Assembly (NCBI GenBank): GCA_964406005.1
Contig: CAYOPZ010000014.1
Location: forward strand, 282 to 64,281
DNA from: an uncultured Bacteroidaceae bacterium
GTDB lineage: Bacteria; Bacteroidota; Bacteroidia; Bacteroidales; SM23-62
Direction: 5' to 3'
Length of the DNA: 64,000 bases
Shown: positions 19,218 to 29,900 of the stretch, piece after piece
How positions within the stretch are numbered: the stretch's first letter is position 1
Layout of the letters: each line of letters begins with the position of its first letter
Notes under the pieces: model-generated
The model's input: only the letters and a program-made list of their open reading frames with translations
The model's database searches: none
Told to the model about the DNA's origin: nothing
Made by a program: the position numbers and the translations under genes

Positions 19218-20180
19218 TCATCCTTTTTCCGTAAGGTCTTCTCCCGGACCGTTGATCATGACAAGTTTGGCATTTTTAATGCTGGCGTTGAGTTCGAAAC
19301 CGATGAGGAGGGCAATGGAATTGAAAAAAAGCCACAACAGTACCACCATGATCGTTCCGATGGAACCGAAGATCTCGTTGAACTTCCCGAAATGGTTGAT
19401 CATATAGGTAAAGATCAGCGAGGTGAGAATGACAAGCACGCTGGCAAAGCTCGAACCTGTCGAATAAAACCTCCATTTCATTTTGCGGGAAGGCCCCAGG
19501 TAGTATAAAAAGGAAAGGGCGGAATAGATCAGTGCGATGATCACAAACCACTTTCCCACCATAAGGAGGTAGAAGGTGAGACTTCTCCGGAGTATCCCGT
19601 TGTCAACCAGTGTTGTCACAACCAGATTGCTGAAGATGATCAGGCTCACCGCTGTGGTAATCAGTATGAAAAGGATAAAGACAAGGATGACTGCTATGAC
19701 GCGGCGTTCGATCCAGCTCCGTGTTTCTATGGTATGATAGGTAGCGTTGAACGCAACGATCATACCGTTGATGGCGTTGGTGGCAAAGAACAGCGCAATG
19801 ATAAACCCGAAAAAAGACAAGCCCCTCCGGGGGAGGAACATGTCCCTGAGGGTGCTTTCAATTAGCCTGAAAGCATCTATAGGAATGATTTCCCGGATCA
19901 TGCTGAGAAGCCCTTCCTCAAAATTCTCGACAGGCAAATGCGGGATGAGGGTGAAAAAGTAGATGATCGCCGGAAGCAGTGCAAGGAACATATAGAATGC
20001 AATGGAGGACGCACGGGTGGTCAGGGCACCATTCCGGATCCCCTTGAAGAAGAAGATCACGACATCATAAATGGGAATTCCTTCGAAACCCGGCAGGCTG
20101 ATCTGCTTTGCTTTCCTTATGATTTTAAGGCCCCACCTCTTGAAAAATCCGTATATGCCGGGGAAAGGTTGTTCACTCAT
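19218..20180 (-). CDS. YihY/BrkB family inner-membrane protein
   Basis: Six predicted TMs. RASSIAFYMFLALLPAIIYF and GSIGTIMVVLLWLFFNSIALLIGFELNA are typical of the family. Confidence 0.85.
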   Translation of the reverse strand: MSEQPFPGIYGFFKRWGLKIIRKAKQISLPGFEGIPIYDVVIFFFKGIRNGALTTRASSIAFYMFLALLPAIIYFFTLIPHLPVENFEEGLLSMIREIIPIDAFRLIESTLRDMFLPRRGLSFFGFIIALFFATNAINGMIVAFNATYHTIETRSWIERRVIAVILVFILFILITTAVSLIIFSNLVVTTLVDNGILRRSLTFYLLMVGKWFVIIALIYSALSFLYYLGPSRKMKWRFYSTGSSFASVLVILTSLIFTYMINHFGKFNEIFGSIGTIMVVLLWLFFNSIALLIGFELNASIKNAKLVMINGPGEDLTEKG

Positions 20181-20183
20181 GCT

Positions 20184-21038
20184 TTACCGGGTGGCTTTCA
20201 GACTGAGATCCAGACTTTTAACCTCATGGGTCAATGCGCCTACGGATATGTAATCAACTCCGCAAAGGGCATAATCCCGGAGGTTCTCCAGGGTAATTCC
20301 GCCTGACGATTCGGTTTCAAACCTGTGGGCTATCATTTTTACTGCAGACCGGGTATCCGGTATGGAGAAATTATCGAACATAATCCTTTGAACGTTACCT
20401 GCGCTGAGGACTTCTTTTACATCGTTGAGATTTCTTGTTTCGATTACAATCCCCAGTTTCTTTCCAAGGGCATCTATGTATCTACCGGCATTCACGATGG
20501 CATTCCCTATGCCGCCTGCAAAATCGATGTGATTGTCTTTTAACAGGATCATGTCGTAAAGACCCATCCTGTGGTTTATGCCACCGCCTATCCTTACGGC
20601 TTCCTTGTCCAGCAATCTGATGCCCGGACATGTTTTCCGGGTATCCAGGATCCTGGTTTTGAGCCCTTCCAGCCTCCCGACATACTCCGCCGTGCGGGTG
20701 GCGATACCGCTCATCCGCTGCATTACATTCAGTACAAGTCTTTCGGCTTTAAAAATTGACTGCAGGTTCCCGCGGACGGTTAAGACGATGTCTCCCTGCC
20801 GTACCAGGGCGCCATCCGTAAGAAGCAACCGCAGGTCCAGGTCCCGGTCGATCTTTTGAAAGATCCTGGAAGCGATCTCAATGCCTGCAATAATCCCTTT
20901 GTCCTTTACCAGGAGTTCAAGCTTGCCTTCTGATCCGGGAGGAATACAGGAGAGGGAACTGTGGTCGCCCTCACCCAGATCTTCAAGAATCGCAAAGTCA
21001 ATAAAAGTATTAAAGAGATCCTCATTGATCGTTTTCAT
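20184..21038 (-). CDS. nadC: Nicotinate-nucleotide diphosphorylase (carboxylating)
   Basis: ILDTRKTCPGIRLLDKEAVRIGGGINHRMGLYDMILLKDNHI core. 284 aa. Confidence 0.95.
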   Translation of the reverse strand: MKTINEDLFNTFIDFAILEDLGEGDHSSLSCIPPGSEGKLELLVKDKGIIAGIEIASRIFQKIDRDLDLRLLLTDGALVRQGDIVLTVRGNLQSIFKAERLVLNVMQRMSGIATRTAEYVGRLEGLKTRILDTRKTCPGIRLLDKEAVRIGGGINHRMGLYDMILLKDNHIDFAGGIGNAIVNAGRYIDALGKKLGIVIETRNLNDVKEVLSAGNVQRIMFDNFSIPDTRSAVKMIAHRFETESSGGITLENLRDYALCGVDYISVGALTHEVKSLDLSLKATR

Positions 21039-21435
21039 CCTCTTTTTCTATCCTTAACTGGTGAATACGCGGTTCACCATCCTGCTTCTTGATCAGAATG
21101 TAAATCCTGTAATTGCTGCCGGAAGAGCTCATACTGCCGATCGCATAATGCGAACTTTCCTTTCCCCCTTCAAAAATAATCCGGAAGGAATCCGGAGTAT
21201 AATCCTGGAAAAATTTACGGATGATCTGTTCTGCCTGTGACCTGCTGTATACATCTTCTTTTTCAAGAATGATCAGTTCGACATTATCATGGAAATATTT
21301 TGCGAGCTCAGCAGCATTTCCGGCTCTAAAGGACAGTACAATACTCTCGGGTATTTCCACTGTCTGTCCCGAAAGTGCAGCAGGAAAAACAAATATGATC
21401 CACAGAACACCAATCAGTTTCAGGATCTGTCTCAT
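21022..21435 (-). CDS. DUF4783 family protein (secreted)
   Basis: Signal peptide. 137 aa. FRAGNAAELAKYFHDNVELIIL... pattern. Overlaps the nadC start by 17 nt, which suggests an operon. Confidence 0.75.
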   Translation of the reverse strand: MRQILKLIGVLWIIFVFPAALSGQTVEIPESIVLSFRAGNAAELAKYFHDNVELIILEKEDVYSRSQAEQIIRKFFQDYTPDSFRIIFEGGKESSHYAIGSMSSSGSNYRIYILIKKQDGEPRIHQLRIEKEDENDQ

Positions 21436-21565
21436 TTGTAGTACAATTTTTGTACATTATTCCTGATTCGCTATTACCTTATTCGCAAATTCCAATCATA
21501 AATCATGCCGTGAATTGCTGAATGGTAATTTAGCGGGACGAAACATTGCAATTTAGTAAAAACAG

Positions 21566-22039
21566 ATGAACATACAACTTCTGCTCATTGGTAAAACAGG
21601 CTTTCCATTCATCCGGGAAGGCATGGAGGAATATTCGAAAAGGCTCGGAAAATACACGGATTTCAGGATCCGGATCATACCGGATCTGAAAGGAACGGGT
21701 TCCTGGTCTATTGACAGGTTGAAGGAGGAGGAAGGGAGAAGGATACTCAAGGCACTCAAGCCGCAGGATTATTCGGTTTTGCTGGATGAACGGGGAAAGG
21801 ATCCCGACTCCTTTGAATTTGCGAGATTCCTTGAGAAGCAGATGCTGGGTTCGGTGAAATCCCTGGTGTTTGTGATCGGCGGCGCATATGGCTTTTCACC
21901 GTCCGTTTATGAAAGAGGGAATACCATGCTTTCCCTTTCAAGGATGACATTCTCACACCAGGTGATCAGGCTGTTTTTCATGGAACAGCTGTATCGTGCC
22001 TTTACCATACTGAGGGGAGATCCTTACCATCACGGTTGA
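21566..22039 (+). CDS. rlmH: 23S rRNA (pseudouridine1915-N3)-methyltransferase
   Basis: SPOUT signature LDERGK...FVIGGAYGF...LSLSRMTFSHQ..R....EQLYRAF.I..G.PYHH. Confidence 0.95.
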   Translation: MNIQLLLIGKTGFPFIREGMEEYSKRLGKYTDFRIRIIPDLKGTGSWSIDRLKEEEGRRILKALKPQDYSVLLDERGKDPDSFEFARFLEKQMLGSVKSLVFVIGGAYGFSPSVYERGNTMLSLSRMTFSHQVIRLFFMEQLYRAFTILRGDPYHHG

Positions 22040-22081
22040 TGATTTATATGTATCTTTAAAAGGCAACACCGAACAGGCAAT

Positions 22082-25000
22082 ATGAAAAGGATCAGCCTCC
22101 GGAATCTTGGCTTACTGGCAGCGGGCGTACTTTGCTTTACCGTTTCCCTGCTGCTTGAGAAAGTATCCTTTTATTCGGTAACCCGGCACGGTACGGTCAG
22201 GCGCTTCGAACAGACATTGCAGGAAAAGGAGCTGTACATGTACGGGCTTTTTGACCAGATCGAAGCAACTGCGGACAGCGGGTTTACCGGGAACCTGTTC
22301 GCTTCCCTTGATTCACGGTTCAGACCGCTGGTGGAGGGCCGGGGCATTGACCTGTTTCTTTATAAGGGCGATACGCTGAAATTCTGGACAAGTAATTTTG
22401 TTCAGACAGATCTCCTGACAGCCGGGACAGGTGCCGAAAACGAAGTGGTTCTCATGGGAAGCGGCTGGTATGTGAAAAAAGAGAGAATAACAGGGGATTG
22501 GCGCATTACGGGACTGATCCTTATCAAAAAAGAGTATCCATACCAGAACCGGTTTCTTCAGAATACATTTCAGGATGATTTTCATGTTCCGGCCGGAACA
22601 GAGATGGATACCACATTCAGCGAAACCGGCCAGGTAATACATGACTCCTGGAAAAAAAAATTGTTCTCTCTCGATTTTTCCCGGATCGCAAAATACAGTC
22701 CCCTGCAGTCCGATGGTTCGCTGGTTCTGTACTTCCTTGGAATCCTCCTGTTTCTCCTGTATATCAGGAATCTGATCAGGGGTATAAAGGATCCGGCATG
22801 GAAAAATGCCGGCATACTGATGGCAGCACTCGTCCTGCTGGTTCTCAATGCCATATTGTTCAATATGCACATACCGGACCAGATCAGCAACCTGGAAATA
22901 TTCCTCCCTGAACGGTATGCGGCTTCCTATCTTTTCCCGACACTGGCAGATCTTTCGATCACATCATTTTTCATTTTCTTCCTGGCTTATTTATTTTATA
23001 CGGAATTCAGTATGCCCGCAAAAACAGGGGGCACGACCCGACATATTTTCCAGGTCATATTCTTCACGGGACTCATTCTGTATTTTCAGCTTATCGTATC
23101 CGTATTCAGGAGTCTTGTGGTGAACTCCAGCATTTCCTTTGAAACATACAGGGTGCTCGATATCAGTGCCTATACATTCATCGGTCTGTTGATCCTGGCC
23201 TTCCATTTCACTGCCCTGACCCTTCTGATGGATAAGTATTTCAGCATATTCCGGCCTGCATTTACAAGGATGAACCTGGCCCTTCATGTTTTTTTCATGG
23301 GATCGGGAGTATGGCTGAGCGGGTACATGATTGGCGGCGGTCCTGACTTCATACTCACAGTGGACATTATGCTGGTGACAGGCGTTATCGCAGTTATCAG
23401 GGGGAAACAGTTTATTCCTTACCGCCATTCCGGCATCATATTGCTGTTATTTCTGTACAGCATAATGTCGGTGTACCAGATCGTGGTCTACTCGGCAGAA
23501 AAGAAGCAGAATGAAAAGATGGTACTTGCAGTGGAGCTTTCTGCGGAGCATGACCCGGTTGCAGAACTGCTCCTGAGCGATCTTGAAGAAAGGATCGCGA
23601 ATGACCGGGAACTGGAGTATCTTATCGTTGACGGTTACATTGACGAACTGGCCGTCGACGATTACCTGATCAGCACCTATTTCAACGGTTTCTGGGAGAA
23701 ATACGATCTCCAGTTCACGCTCTGTATGCCGACCGACAGCCTGTATATAGAACCCCATATTGACGTCTGGTATCCCTGTCATGAGTTTTTCGACAGCCTT
23801 CAGAATGCAAACGGCACCCGGCTACCGGGTTCCAGGTTTTACTATATGGACAATAAAAACGGAAGGATAAGTTATATGGCCTCATTCGATTATTTTTCGG
23901 CCGACAGTACACAGACCGCAACCCTTTTTCTCGAGCTGGATTCGCGCCTGATAACCGAAGCGCTCGGGTATCCCGAGCTGCTGCTGTCGGATCGTATGAG
24001 AAAGAATTTTGTGAGCGGTGAATATCCCTATGCCAAATACAGCAACGGGGAGCTCATTATACAGTCCGGTGACTACTCCTACAACCTCCGGAGCGATGAG
24101 TATTCAAGCGGCAACGAAGAATTTGAATTTACCTCCAGCAACGGATACAGGCACCTGGCTTACAACATGGACCCCAACAATACCATTGTTGTCAGCAGCC
24201 CGGAAGTAAGCCTTTTGAATATCCTTATCACATTCACTTACATTTTTGTTTTCTTTTACCTGCTGGTGACCCTCATACTGCTTATCATCAATATTCCCCT
24301 GCTGAAAAAAAGCTTTCAACTGAATATAAAGAACAAAATACAGTATACCATGATCGGGGTGCTTGTCCTGTCCCTTTTACTGATCGGCGGGGGAACCATA
24401 TTTTTCAGTATCCGGCAGTACAGCGCGAGGCAGAATTCCGACCTGTCGGAGAAGATCCAGTCGGTATACATCGAGGCAAGGCATATGCTTGAATTCGAAA
24501 GAACCCTGACGCGCGAATGGCAGGCCGTGGGCTATCTCAACCTCGACGAGCTTCTGATGAAGTTCTCGAATGTGTTCTATACCGATATAAACCTGTATGA
24601 TCCCGAAGGGAACATCCTGGCAACCTCCCGGTCCGAAATATTCGAGAACAATCTCCTGGGACCCAAAATGCATCCTGCAGCCTACCGTGAACTGGCTGTC
24701 AATCATGTCGCAGAATATGTGCACGAGGAACAGATCGGCTCCCTGAAATATCAGTCTGCATACGTTCCTTTCAGGAATAGTGATAACAAGCTTCTGGCCT
24801 ATCTCAACCTTCCCTATTTTACCAGGCAGGAAGCGCTGACCATGGAGATTTCCAACCTGGTGGTCGCGGTGGCCAATTTTTACGTGTTGCTGATCGCAAT
24901 CTCGGTGCTGATCGCGGTATTCATATCCAGGCAGATCACCCAGCCCCTGAGAATGATACAAAGCAAGTTCGGGAAGATCCGCCTGGGCGGAACCAATGAA

Positions 25001-25795
25001 AAGATACAATATGAGGGAAGGGATGAAATAGGGAACCTGGTAGAGGAATACAATCATATGGTGGATGAGCTGGCCCTGAGCGCGGAAAAGCTCGCGCGGT
25101 CGGAGAGGGAATCTGCCTGGAGGGAAATGGCCAAGCAGATTGCACATGAGATCAAAAACCCGCTGACCCCGATGAAGCTCAGTGTACAGCACCTCCAGAG
25201 AAGCTTCTCCGAAGATCCTGAAAAGCAGGAGAAAAACCTGCAACGTTTCACCCGGACCCTCATAGAACAGATAGACAATCTTTCGGCGATTGCGACTGAG
25301 TTTTCCAATTTCGCCCAGATGCCCAGGGCCAATAATGAAGAGGTTGATCTTGAAGAAAAGATCAATAAGATATGCGAACTTTTCCTGAACACCGAACAGA
25401 TAAAGATTGAGACCGGGTTCAGGCATGCACGGCCGGCCATTGTATATGCCGACAGGGAACATCTTTCACGGGTGTTTATCAACCTGATCAAGAACGCCAT
25501 CCAATCCATCCCCGACAACAGGGAAGGGAAGATCGGTGTTAGTCTGGAAACAACCGGCAGCGAAGCGATCATCAGGATCATGGATAACGGGAAAGGAATT
25601 CCCGATGAGCTGGGTGACAAGCTCTTTCAGCCCAATTTCACCACCAAATCCAGCGGGATGGGCATGGGTCTGGCCATTGTGAAAAACATCATTGAGAATG
25701 CGGGGGGATCCATACGCTATGAAACCGAACTCGGCAAGGGGACCACATTTATCGTTCAGTTTCCCCTGTACAGGAGTGAAATTACAAACGAATAA
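22082..25795 (+). CDS. Very large multi-pass sensor histidine kinase (NtrY-like catalytic core), 1237 aa
   Basis: More than 10 predicted TM segments interleaved with three soluble regions. HAMP-like linker. H-box AHEIKNPLTPM. HATPase_c (DNGKGIP...SGMGMGLAIV). Confidence 0.9.
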   Translation: MKRISLRNLGLLAAGVLCFTVSLLLEKVSFYSVTRHGTVRRFEQTLQEKELYMYGLFDQIEATADSGFTGNLFASLDSRFRPLVEGRGIDLFLYKGDTLKFWTSNFVQTDLLTAGTGAENEVVLMGSGWYVKKERITGDWRITGLILIKKEYPYQNRFLQNTFQDDFHVPAGTEMDTTFSETGQVIHDSWKKKLFSLDFSRIAKYSPLQSDGSLVLYFLGILLFLLYIRNLIRGIKDPAWKNAGILMAALVLLVLNAILFNMHIPDQISNLEIFLPERYAASYLFPTLADLSITSFFIFFLAYLFYTEFSMPAKTGGTTRHIFQVIFFTGLILYFQLIVSVFRSLVVNSSISFETYRVLDISAYTFIGLLILAFHFTALTLLMDKYFSIFRPAFTRMNLALHVFFMGSGVWLSGYMIGGGPDFILTVDIMLVTGVIAVIRGKQFIPYRHSGIILLLFLYSIMSVYQIVVYSAEKKQNEKMVLAVELSAEHDPVAELLLSDLEERIANDRELEYLIVDGYIDELAVDDYLISTYFNGFWEKYDLQFTLCMPTDSLYIEPHIDVWYPCHEFFDSLQNANGTRLPGSRFYYMDNKNGRISYMASFDYFSADSTQTATLFLELDSRLITEALGYPELLLSDRMRKNFVSGEYPYAKYSNGELIIQSGDYSYNLRSDEYSSGNEEFEFTSSNGYRHLAYNMDPNNTIVVSSPEVSLLNILITFTYIFVFFYLLVTLILLIINIPLLKKSFQLNIKNKIQYTMIGVLVLSLLLIGGGTIFFSIRQYSARQNSDLSEKIQSVYIEARHMLEFERTLTREWQAVGYLNLDELLMKFSNVFYTDINLYDPEGNILATSRSEIFENNLLGPKMHPAAYRELAVNHVAEYVHEEQIGSLKYQSAYVPFRNSDNKLLAYLNLPYFTRQEALTMEISNLVVAVANFYVLLIAISVLIAVFISRQITQPLRMIQSKFGKIRLGGTNEKIQYEGRDEIGNLVEEYNHMVDELALSAEKLARSERESAWREMAKQIAHEIKNPLTPMKLSVQHLQRSFSEDPEKQEKNLQRFTRTLIEQIDNLSAIATEFSNFAQMPRANNEEVDLEEKINKICELFLNTEQIKIETGFRHARPAIVYADREHLSRVFINLIKNAIQSIPDNREGKIGVSLETTGSEAIIRIMDNGKGIPDELGDKLFQPNFTTKSSGMGMGLAIVKNIIENAGGSIRYETELGKGTTFIVQFPLYRSEITNE

Positions 25796-25809
25796 GATAT
25801 CTTTGAGAC

Positions 25810-26934
25810 ATGTCAGGCAGGTTTCCATCCGTTCAGAAATTTTCGTTTTTCCTGCTTTCCGTAATCCTTGCCTTCTACATCCTGATAAAGGCAAAGCTGT
25901 TTCTGTATCCCATTGCCCTGGCCCTGCTGTTTTCATACCTGTTATACCCGCTTACCAACCGGCTGGAGAAAAACAGGTTCCCCAGAATACTCGCCATTCT
26001 GATCAGCATTATCCTGCTGCTGACTGTAATCACTTCGGCGGGATTCTTTATTTACAGCAGGGCGGCTGTTTTTGTAAACGATTTCCCGGATTTCAGGCTA
26101 CAGGCCATTGCCAGGGTCGACATACTCGAGAAGAACATCATGGCCTTTTTCAACATAACGGAGCTGCAGCTGGCCGATTTCCTACGCGCCCGTGTCGATA
26201 ATTTGTTCGACATGGGAAGCAATCTCATCAACAGGGCCTTTACCGCCACCACGGGCACTCTCTTCAGGCTTGCAATCCTGCCCGTATTTATTTTCATGTT
26301 CCTTTACTACCGCACCAAGTTCGCCTGGTTTATCCTGAAGCTGGTACCGAATGAAAAACAGGTTCTTGCCCTGAATGTGCTACGGGATGTCTCGAAAGTG
26401 GCCTCAAGATACATGGGAGGGATGTTCACGGTCGTGTTCGTCCTCTGTATGATTAATTCTGCCGGCCTTCTGCTCGTCGGGATGAAATATGCGGTCACCC
26501 TGGGGGTCATTGCCGCCCTGTTTAACTTCATTCCCTATTTCGGCACCATCATCGGCTATTCAATCCCCTTTGCTTTCGCGGTTTTTATGAGCGATTCCGC
26601 AGAACTGCCCCTGAAAGTGCTGCTTGTATTTGTGATCGTGCAGTTCACCGAAAACAATATACTGACCCCCAATATAGTGGGTAATTATGTAAAGATCAAT
26701 CCGTTCATGATCATCCTGGGCGTTATCGCAGGAGGCATGGTATGGGGCATTCCGGGCATGTTCGTGGTGATCCCCTTCCTGGCCATGATCAGGATAATCA
26801 GCGAGCAGGTTCCTGCGCTTCATCCCTGGGTATATCTGCTGGGTACGGGCGGTGCAAGAAGATACGCCATCACGGGTGAAAATATCAGGCGATATCTGAA
26901 ACGGCTGAAAAACAGCCGGAAAAAGGACATTTGA
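25810..26934 (+). CDS. AI-2E (PerM/YhhT) family transporter
   Basis: Eight TM-like segments. FNFIPYFGTIIG and GIPGMFVVIPFLAM motifs. Starts 14 nt after the kinase gene. Confidence 0.88.
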   Translation: MSGRFPSVQKFSFFLLSVILAFYILIKAKLFLYPIALALLFSYLLYPLTNRLEKNRFPRILAILISIILLLTVITSAGFFIYSRAAVFVNDFPDFRLQAIARVDILEKNIMAFFNITELQLADFLRARVDNLFDMGSNLINRAFTATTGTLFRLAILPVFIFMFLYYRTKFAWFILKLVPNEKQVLALNVLRDVSKVASRYMGGMFTVVFVLCMINSAGLLLVGMKYAVTLGVIAALFNFIPYFGTIIGYSIPFAFAVFMSDSAELPLKVLLVFVIVQFTENNILTPNIVGNYVKINPFMIILGVIAGGMVWGIPGMFVVIPFLAMIRIISEQVPALHPWVYLLGTGGARRYAITGENIRRYLKRLKNSRKKDI

Positions 26935-29900
26935 TTCTTTCCAAAAACTTACCTTTTTCAGAACTTATTTTTCATTTTTTCGTAAATTCCCCTATATTCA
27001 TTCGCGGGAAGCGAGTGAAATCAACTACCTGTTTTTCTGTGAAGGCCAATTTTTTACATCTGCATGTCCGTTCTGTCTTTAAATACAGCCTTTTTCCGGC
27101 GGCATTTTTGATTCTCTTCCTGTCCGGGACCCGTGCCTCGGAAACCATCTGGAACGAATATTCGGCCATCACCCAGGTTTTTAATGCCGATACCACCGAC
27201 CTCGACAGCGTGAGGGTCAGCGACCCCGGCATATTCTCCGTGGGAGACACGGTAATGTTCATCCAGATGAAAGGGGCGGAAGTATACCTGCCTCCTGATA
27301 CGAGGTTTGGAAAGATCAGAACAGAAACTGTTTACAATACGGGATTGTATGTTTTGCTCCTTGTCAGCGATATCTTCGGGGATATTATTCAATTCAGCGA
27401 TCCCCTTCCGTATATGAAGTCTCCCATACCAGGCGAGGTAAACCAGCTTGTCAGGGTGCGTGGGGCAAGAACCATCGAGATACCCGCCGGCGATACCCTG
27501 ACATGCGAGCCCTGGAACCCTGCCGACAGCACAGGCGGAGTCGTGGTGCTGCTGGCCAGCGATACAATCAAACTGAATGGTACCATTGATGTTTCGGGCC
27601 GGGGATTCCTCGGTGGAGACACCATCCCCAATGAATATACTGGAACATGTGTTAATTTTGGTTCGGATGGATGGTATCTGTACGAATCAGGTTCCGACAG
27701 CGCCGGCTTAAAGGGTGAAGGGATAGTGTATGAAGGTTTTCCATTTGTACGGGGAAATGGCTTTGTAGCCAACGCCGGAGGCGGGGGGAACGGGCAATAT
27801 TCTGGAGGGGGTGGAGGAGGAAATATTGGAGTGGGAGGAGTAGGAGGGTTCCAGGAAGAAGGATGTGGCGATACACCTAATCCTCTGGTTCAGGGTGGAT
27901 ATATTAAATCCAATTTTTATACAAATACAGGGCAATATAAGAACCGGATATTCATGGGCGGCGGCGGCGGTGCCGGGACAATGAATCGTCCCGATGGGAA
28001 GATCGGTACCAAAGGTGGCAATGGAGGTGGTTTCGTTATCCTGCTTGCCCAAACTTTATATTCGAATAATGCCCTGATCACTGCTTCAGGACAATCGGTT
28101 ACCGATACGGCAACGGCTGGAGCGGGAGGCGGTGGAGGTGGAGGTGTTGTTGTTCTTGCAGTAGACAATTATATTGGTGATCTGAATATTGAGGTATCAG
28201 GTGGGAACGGAGGGTGGACAAATGATCCGATAAACCGAACAGGACCAGGTGGATTAGGTGGTGGAGGTGTAATCTGGCATTCAGGTGAATCGTTACCACT
28301 GAATGTATACACGAATACCAGTAATGGGGAACAGGGACAATGGACAGATAATGCAGGGGGAGGTGAATATTATGGAACAGGAACAAGCAGTTTATCCGGG
28401 GAGGTGCTGGACAGCCTGATCGTTCCGATACGCGGGTTTACATTTAATATTCTGTTCGGGACGGAGGACATCTGTGAAGGGGAGGCGCCGGACACCATTC
28501 GTGCATCCCAGCCCAAAGGGGACACGGAATTCAATTTCACGTGGCTGCAATGGAGGGAAGCGACCGGATGGACGGATGCGGACGGTGTAAAAGACCAGAA
28601 GGATTATTTCCCGGGCGTGCTGACCGATACAACCCATTACCGCAGGGTCGTGGAAGCCGTCAACAACGGGACCGTGGATACGAGCGAAGTGTATAAGGTC
28701 AATGTTCTGGACGCGCTGTACAACAACGCCATTAAATCGAGTGATACGATATGTTACGGGCTTGCGCCCGCACCCCTTGTACAGGACGCGCCTTCTGTAG
28801 GCGGGGGGAACGGTGAGGATTACGGTTATATATGGGAATCCAGGACCAACAGCTCCGGCTGGACGCCCGCAGGAGTGACTACCCAGAATTATGCACCCGG
28901 CCCGCTTACCGATACGACCCATTTCCGCAGGATACTTTATTCGCATGTTTGTTACGATACGAGCAACGTGCTGACGCAGACCGTGCTCAGCCCCATCGGC
29001 GGGAATACCGCCGCGGGGAACGATGCGGTGATCTGCCATGACGAGGACCCGGGAACGATCCTGGCGGGCAGCGTATCGGGAGGGGAACCGGGCGTATACG
29101 CCTATTTGTGGGAAATGAGCAATGACCTTTCTTCATGGACCGGGGTGGGGGACACGGAAGATCTTTCTCCCGGGAGCCTTCCGGATGACGAAGCGTTCTA
29201 TTATTACCGCAGGACCGTTTATTCCGGCGGGAACGACAGCACATGCCGGGATGTCAGCGATACGGTGACCATACAGGTGCAACCCAGGCTGGAATTCTAC
29301 GGGATACAGCCTGCAAATGATACCGTGTGCGAGGACATTCCGCCTGGGGCCCTAAGCCCTGCGGGGGTCATTACGGGGGGCGACGGCATATATCATTATG
29401 ACTGGGAAAAAAGCACGGATGAATCGGACTGGAGTATTACCGGTGCGACGGACACCCTTGCATTGTACGCGGTCCCGCCCCTGTCCCTGACCACATGGTT
29501 CCGGAGGATCGTAAGTTCGGGCGCCTGTATCGACACCAGCGCCAATTCGAAGTACCTGGTGCATCCCAAAATCAACAATAACCTTGTGGCCGACAACGAC
29601 ACCGTCTGCTACGGGGAACAGCCCTCCGCCCTGGTGCAGGACGCCCCGGCCGTCAGCGGCGGGCTGGGGCCGGGAACCTATGCTTATCTCTGGCAATCCC
29701 GTATGAACAGTTCCCCGTGGACCGCTGCCGGAGGCACGAACGACCAGCCAGGCTATACCCCAGGGAATCTTACGGATACTACTTATTATCAGCGTGTTAT
29801 TGAATCCGGGAAATGTTCCGATACCAGCAACCTGATACAGGTGATCGTCCAGGACGATATAGGCAATAACATCATCGAAGGCGGTTCCGCAACAGGCGAT

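Noticed and set aside
21441-21455. Palindrome GTACAA-TTT-TTGTAC just upstream of the DUF4783-nadC operon start, as a possible operator.
   Set aside because: It has only 6-bp arms in an AT-rich divergent promoter region, which is easily a chance occurrence. No regulator gene is adjacent.
22652-22660. Homopolymer tracts in coding sequence as possible slipped-strand phase-variation switches: A9 in the kinase, T9 at 36224-36232 in the 323-aa gene, T8 at 38340-38347.
   Set aside because: Runs of 8-9 nt are at the low end for functional contingency loci and sit mid-gene in intact reading frames. Bacteroidota mostly use invertases for phase variation. Worth a glance in population data only.
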